In this document: positions 63,372 through 64,000 of the stretch, one piece after another
Layout of the letters: each line of letters starts with the position of its first letter
Numbering within the stretch: the first letter of the stretch is position 1
Position numbers and translations under genes: made by a program
Origin: Dehalococcoidia bacterium
Lineage (GTDB): Bacteria > Chloroflexota > Dehalococcoidia > UBA6926
NCBI GenBank assembly: GCA_963666115.2
Contig: CAXXET010000006.1
Location: 256,001 to 320,000, forward strand
Direction: 5' to 3'
Length of the DNA stretch: 64,000 nt
Notes under the pieces: model-generated
What the model saw: the letters and a program-made list of their open reading frames with translations, nothing else
The model's database searches: none
What the model was told of the DNA's origin: nothing

Positions 63372-63862
63372 TGGCCTCCGCCCGTGTTGGACTCGGTTTC
63401 GACAGCCACCCGCTGGTGGAGGGCAGGGCGCTGATAGTGGCAGGCGTCAGGATCGAGCATGACCGGGGGCCGCTCGGCCATTCGGACGGCGACGTGCTGG
63501 CGCACGCGCTAACGGACGCGCTGCTTGGCGCGGCTGGGCTTGGGGACATCGGCCAGCATTTCCCAAGCACGGACGCCGCCTACAAGGACGCGGACAGCAT
63601 GGAGCTGCTGCGCCGGGCGATGGACCTGGTGGAGGGCCGTCAATTGCGGCTGGGAAACGCCGATGCTACGCTTTATGCGGACGCGCCCCGCCTTGGTCCG
63701 TACCGGGACGCAATGATTCACTCTCTTGCGATGAAACTTAGAGTCGAGCCTGACAGACTAAACCTCAAATTCAAGACCCTCGAAGGTCTGCCGCTGGGCA
63801 GCGCGGAGGGGGCCGCCGTCATCGCCGCCCACGTCATCGCCGCGCTTGAGGCCGGGGACTGA
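63371..63862 (+). CDS. ispF: 2-C-methyl-D-erythritol 2,4-cyclodiphosphate synthase
   Basis: GLGFDSH, GHSDGDV and LGDIGQHFP motifs. Confidence 0.94.
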   Translation: MASARVGLGFDSHPLVEGRALIVAGVRIEHDRGPLGHSDGDVLAHALTDALLGAAGLGDIGQHFPSTDAAYKDADSMELLRRAMDLVEGRQLRLGNADATLYADAPRLGPYRDAMIHSLAMKLRVEPDRLNLKFKTLEGLPLGSAEGAAVIAAHVIAALEAGD

Positions 63863-64000
63863 TGCTGCGCCTGTCAAGCACGCTCACCGGCGAGAAGACG
63901 GAGTTCACGCCGCACAGCCCGCCGGACGCGCTGATGTACGTCTGCGGCATCACGCCGTATTCGGATTCGCACGTCGGGCACGGCATGAGCTACGTCATCT
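63862..64000 (+). CDS. cysS: Cysteinyl-tRNA synthetase (5' part only)
   Basis: MLRLSSTLTGEK...MYVCGITPYSDSHVGHG; typical ispDF-cysS gene order. Confidence 0.9.
   Translation, partial: MLRLSSTLTGEKTEFTPHSPPDALMYVCGITPYSDSHVGHGMSYVI

Overview
GC-rich bacterial chromosome segment, most likely Chloroflexota (Dehalococcoidia/SAR202-like). This placement is inferred from GAAC-N4-GTTC SOS boxes, rpoBC detached from ribosomal-protein genes, paralogous crotonases and giant secreted FN3 proteins of the kind seen in sponge symbionts. Core genes: PHP-ymdB-rny-recA, ffh, tRNA-Gly(CCC), rnhA, trmI, a stand-alone 5S rRNA, an Fe3+ ABC transporter, glnR-like/glnA/glnA2/gltB, lipA, rpoBC, leuS and ispD-ispF-cysS. 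Small accessory cassettes lacking any integrase or transposase are interspersed. The best candidate for a new system is a two-gene island at 12.3-15.2 kb: an MT-A70 methyltransferase plus a PD-(D/E)XK-DGQHR-HEPN(Swt1-like) protein, bracketed by an intact trmI and a decayed duplicate of the trmI 5' end. Other notable items are a TA-EEP-PD-(D/E)XK operon, a membrane-protein paralogue flanked by a duplicated lipA 3' end and broken by a 19-bp duplication, a 22-bp-period palindrome array before an AAA ATPase, an actinobacterial-style GlnR with a candidate box, and a split IPCT/DIPPS-like pair. All family calls come from motif recognition by eye; no searches were run. No CRISPR array was seen.
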